The position numbers and the translations under genes were made by a program. DNA of 27,938 nt from a virus (lineage: Duplodnaviria > Caudoviricetes): the IMG/VR virus record IMGVR_UViG_3300005512_000260, positions 1 to 27,938 of that record. One strand, 5' to 3'. Shown one piece after another: positions 24,780 to 27,938 of this stretch (position 1 is its first letter; every line of letters begins with the position of its first letter). The notes under the pieces are model-generated. The model was not told the DNA's origin and searched no databases. It saw only the letters and a program-made list of their open reading frames with translations.

Positions 24780-25780
24780 TAGAACAACCCCATTGTGCAG
24801 CCCTCAGGCTCGTCTTCCATCTGCATCCACCATAGCCACAAATCCTGCCAGCAGGTGAACTCGCGTAGATCATACCACCGTCTGTAGGTCCAGAAGCCTT
24901 TCTGTAGTTCCTGAACGGTCTTGTACTGCCCGTGAGGATCATCACTTGGAACGGTGACAAAACGCGACTCTTTACGCTCTGACGGAAGCGGACAGAACGG
25001 ATACTTGCCTTCGGTGCTTACCCATCTAGGCTTCAGGGTCGGCACCCCGTGCCACTTTTCCCAAAACATTGCGAAGTGCTTTTGCCACGCATCGCGGTAT
25101 TTAGGCCAGCGTTCAAACTCTTTCTGCCGTCCACATGTTCCGGCCATAGGGCACCCAATGCACCCCATGCGGGTGAACATCTTTTTGCCCTCGGCGTCAA
25201 CTTCGTCATAGACCGAGCAATAGGGGATGTTCTCTTGATGGATGAGCGCCCAGACATTCGCGTCCGTGAAGTATAATCCAGGGTTCAACACCCACGACCT
25301 ATCTTGCTTTCTCGGGGTCCATAGTCGCCAATTCTGTTTTCGGTTGTTAGATTCCGGGGCGCGAACACCAAATACCTTGATCTGCCCCTTGCAGCCGTTT
25401 TCTTTGTAGAGTTCGCAACACCATCGCGCCAACCGCGTGGGTGGACCTTGCCCCTCTTTTTCAACCATCTGCCTCAATAAAGGCCGTTCGGGTTTGTGGA
25501 TGATGGTGTTTGGATAATGCTCGCGCATGTGGTGTATGAGTTCAGGCGCATCTAGCGTTGTCAGGTTGTGATAGCTTTTGAAGTCAACCCCGGCGCGTTC
25601 TGCCAGCCACTCAATAAATGCTGAATCTTTGCCTCCCGATTGGCATACGTGATACCACGGCTCGAACATGTCCCAAGTCTTTGCGGCCCGCTCGTAGTGC
25701 TTGTAGAGCGCAACGGCCTTGTCGACCTTCACCTCAAGCGGCTGGTTGATGGCGGTTTGGTATGCCTCTTCTTCGGTCAT
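24779..25780 (-). CDS. PAPS-reductase family (PP-loop, Fe-S) protein
   Basis: SGGKDS, RWCCELYKE, GVRAPES and RMGCIGCP motifs. Confidence 0.9.
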   Translation of the reverse strand: MTEEEAYQTAINQPLEVKVDKAVALYKHYERAAKTWDMFEPWYHVCQSGGKDSAFIEWLAERAGVDFKSYHNLTTLDAPELIHHMREHYPNTIIHKPERPLLRQMVEKEGQGPPTRLARWCCELYKENGCKGQIKVFGVRAPESNNRKQNWRLWTPRKQDRSWVLNPGLYFTDANVWALIHQENIPYCSVYDEVDAEGKKMFTRMGCIGCPMAGTCGRQKEFERWPKYRDAWQKHFAMFWEKWHGVPTLKPRWVSTEGKYPFCPLPSERKESRFVTVPSDDPHGQYKTVQELQKGFWTYRRWYDLREFTCWQDLWLWWMQMEDEPEGCTMGLF

Positions 25781-25797
25781 GCATTACCTCCAAAAAG

Positions 25798-25888
25798 CCG
25801 AGCCCGACAACGCAGTGGAAACAAGGTGCAGAACAGTCGGTGTTGCGCCGCGCGAGTTCTTCCCCAGTGGCTCCGTTGTCGGGCTCGG
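25798..25888. repeat. 15-bp perfect inverted repeat with a 61-nt loop
   Basis: CCGAGCCCGACAACG...CGTTGTCGGGCTCGG; on the minus strand followed by CTTTTT and the RBS. Confidence 0.8.
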
Positions 25889-25964
25889 TGATTTGGCTGT
25901 GTCATGCTTTCCTGCTCTGCTGTTTTCTAGCGAGTTTCCATGCCGCTATCGTTACGATGTGTCT

Positions 25965-25993
25965 ACTCTACCGCCCCGCCCCACGCAGGGCAA
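25965..25993 (-). promoter_or_regulatory. Putative sigma70 promoter
   Basis: TTGCCC-N17-TAGAGT in the intergenic gap. Confidence 0.5.
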
Positions 25994-26017
25994 GGGCAAA
26001 ATGCGCTATTTTTCGCG

Positions 26018-26103
26018 CCCCACCTTGCGCCCGCTCCCCACCTTGCGCCCGCTCCCCGCGCACCAGACGCGCCCGATTCGACGCGCCCGATTCGACGCGC
26101 CCG
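26018..26103. repeat. Two adjacent tandem repeats (18 bp x2.2; 14 bp x2.7)
   Basis: CCCCACCTTGCGCCCGCT at 26018-26057; GACGCGCCCGATTC at 26066-26103. Confidence 0.9.
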
Positions 26104-26176
26104 GTGTTTGATTATCCTGCCGTCCTTTGTCACGCTGTGCGCTGTGCGGCAGGTGGGGCAGTGGGCGTATTGCGCA

Positions 26177-27163
26177 CTACAGCCCAAGTGATTGCTGGTC
26201 GTCTTCACGTTTCGCGTCCTTCAGGTTGCGCGCTGCCTGGTGGTAGTACGATGGTTTCAATTCCACGCCGATACCGCGCCGGCCATTAATGACCGCGCCG
26301 TATACCTCGGAGCCTACACCCATGAAAGGCGTCAACACGTTATCGCCGGGGTTGCTCCACATCACGCAGGCCCGCTCTATCACGTCAAGCTGCAAGGGGT
26401 GTACGTGGCGCTCATCGTCGAGGTCGCGGCTTTCCTTGTATGGCATCACGCGATCAATGCGGATGTCATCCCAGAAGCTGCTGGCGTACTGCCTCCATAT
26501 CCAATGGCTGTACTTGTTGCCCGTCTGCTTTCCCTTGTGTCCGCGGAAACGCATCAACTCACGCGGTATTTCGCGCTCGCCTGCATAGCTCATCAGACCA
26601 TGCTTATGGATCACCGGCTCAAGGTTCTCGCCACGCTTGCGAAACATAAGCAAGTAGTCGGCGCTTGCCACGTCGCACATCGTAGAGTCCTCGGTAAACT
26701 GCTTGTGAGACAGCCCCTTTGCCATCGTGCGCAGCCGGACAGCCAATGGCTCTTTCCATATTGCCCGCCGCCCGCAGTAGTCAAAGCCGTGATCATAGTG
26801 AGCCCTCACCACATCACCGGGGAAGTCTATCAGCCCCGTGCCCGCATTTGCACCGCACCCCATTACGGCGCAATCGCCATGGCCGCGCCCCGGGACATCC
26901 ATTGTGTGAACGGCCGTCATGCGCCCCGGCTTGGTGAGTCGCGCTATCTCTTTGATAACATAGCTGTAATGCTCAAAGAACTCGGCATAGCTGCGGCAGT
27001 TGGAAAGGTCGCGCTCATCGCTGCTGTAATTATACAGCCCGCAGAACGGAGGAGAATAGACGCTCAGGTCTATCGACTCATCCGGGAGCGTGCCCATCAC
27101 CTCGCAGCAATCGCCGTTGTATATCGCGTATTCGTCTGTGATGATTTGTTCTGCTACAGCCAT
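26177..27163 (-). CDS. DNA amino-methyltransferase (N4-C/N6-A, beta class)
   Basis: SPPF motif IV precedes PFMGVGSE motif I; HVHPLQLDVIER. Confidence 0.9.
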   Translation of the reverse strand: MAVAEQIITDEYAIYNGDCCEVMGTLPDESIDLSVYSPPFCGLYNYSSDERDLSNCRSYAEFFEHYSYVIKEIARLTKPGRMTAVHTMDVPGRGHGDCAVMGCGANAGTGLIDFPGDVVRAHYDHGFDYCGRRAIWKEPLAVRLRTMAKGLSHKQFTEDSTMCDVASADYLLMFRKRGENLEPVIHKHGLMSYAGEREIPRELMRFRGHKGKQTGNKYSHWIWRQYASSFWDDIRIDRVMPYKESRDLDDERHVHPLQLDVIERACVMWSNPGDNVLTPFMGVGSEVYGAVINGRRGIGVELKPSYYHQAARNLKDAKREDDQQSLGL

Positions 27164-27938
27164 GATGGTGCCTCTACTTTCTTCGTGTAATTATCCTGTC
27201 TCGTTATCTTCAACTCATCCCGCATCAGAGCCACAAGATGCTCAAACATCCGCTCTGCTGCATCCGTCTTTCTCTTCAGGTTTTCCAGTACCCCCCGCTG
27301 TCCTTCCGTGCTTACGACGTCGACCGTCACCTCGTTCTTTTGCCCAAACCGCCACGACCGCCGCACGGCCTGGTAGTACTGCTCATAGCTGTGCGACGGG
27401 AAAAATGTCTGGTGTGCGCAGTGCTGCCAGTTCAAACCAAACCCGGCTATTGACGGCTTGGTGACGATTACTCGAATGTCACCCGAAGCAAAGCGCCTGA
27501 AGATGTCTTCTTTCTTGTCGTCGCTGTCGGACCCCGACACCTGAACCGCGTCTGGTATCATGCCTGCCAGTGTATTGCCTTCGTCGTTCAGGTGGCACCA
27601 CGATATTGCAGGATCGGTGTGCGCGTTTACAAGGCTTGCCGCCATGTCGCATCGCTCGTTAATCGTGCGCCGCAACTCTTCGCGCTGCTCGTGTAGGTTG
27701 GTGGCCGGCAAATCAAAAAGCATGCCCTCGGCTTTTGTCTTGGCCTCAACCACATGCTCCCGGACGCTGAGGTCTGGCAGCTTGAATGCGTCGTCATCAT
27801 AGCCAAGGTCTGACCGCTTGCGGACAGCCCTTGCCCATGAACATACCCACCGCCAGAAGTCGCGTTCAGCATGCCCCCGGAAGCGGTACACCCCTCCACG
27901 GTGCTCGTCGCGGCGCGTGTAGGTCCGCTCAACCTTCT
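27154..27938 (-). CDS. SF2 (SNF2-like) helicase, C-terminal part; 5' end outside window
   Basis: TKPSIAGFGLNWQHC and YEQYYQAVRRSWRFGQ (motifs V and VI). Confidence 0.9.
   Translation of the reverse strand, partial: KVERTYTRRDEHRGGVYRFRGHAERDFWRWVCSWARAVRKRSDLGYDDDAFKLPDLSVREHVVEAKTKAEGMLFDLPATNLHEQREELRRTINERCDMAASLVNAHTDPAISWCHLNDEGNTLAGMIPDAVQVSGSDSDDKKEDIFRRFASGDIRVIVTKPSIAGFGLNWQHCAHQTFFPSHSYEQYYQAVRRSWRFGQKNEVTVDVVSTEGQRGVLENLKRKTDAAERMFEHLVALMRDELKITRQDNYTKKVEAPSWL

Noticed and set aside
25798-25888. Inverted repeat as a further attC site
   Set aside because: Has AAC/GTT-like ends but no matching L''/L' boxes at the right spacing.
26018-26103. CRISPR array
   Set aside because: Direct tandem repeats without unique spacers.
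26192-27190. 332-aa plus-strand ORF and other long plus-strand ORFs (6323, 7906, 10223, 12744, 21202)
   Set aside because: Antisense to recognisable or well-coupled minus-strand genes; expected with GC-rich codon bias.
1-27938. Stop-codon reassignment
   Set aside because: TAA, TAG and TGA all end conserved genes at expected lengths; no suppressor tRNA seen.

Overview
A 27.9-kb segment of a tailed dsDNA phage (or prophage) genome with essentially all genes on the minus strand. Read in transcription order (right to left): a partial SF2 helicase, a DNA amino-methyltransferase, a PAPS-reductase-domain protein, a replication initiator, a minimal PolX and a DUF3127 SSB-like protein; a dense accessory region of small genes; small and large terminase; an accessory island carrying a complete tmRNA and an anticodon-less tRNA-like element; then staple-like protein, portal, an initiator-like tRNA-Met, scaffold, a Com-like zinc finger, an N4-gp56-type major capsid protein, adaptors and a >735-aa fibre that runs off the left edge. 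The most unusual signals are: (1) integron-type attC sites defining a short gene-cassette array at about 21.1-21.8 kb, with genes inverted relative to the sites and no integrase in the window; (2) the tmRNA plus a tRNA mimic with a 3-nt anticodon loop; (3) a Com-like protein followed by a Com-type RNA motif in the capsid leader; (4) an LDxAF[DE][DE][DE] peptide motif shared by four unrelated proteins; (5) Sec-type signal peptides on two putative virion proteins. All family calls are by eye from recalled motifs; no database search was run, and the host is unknown.
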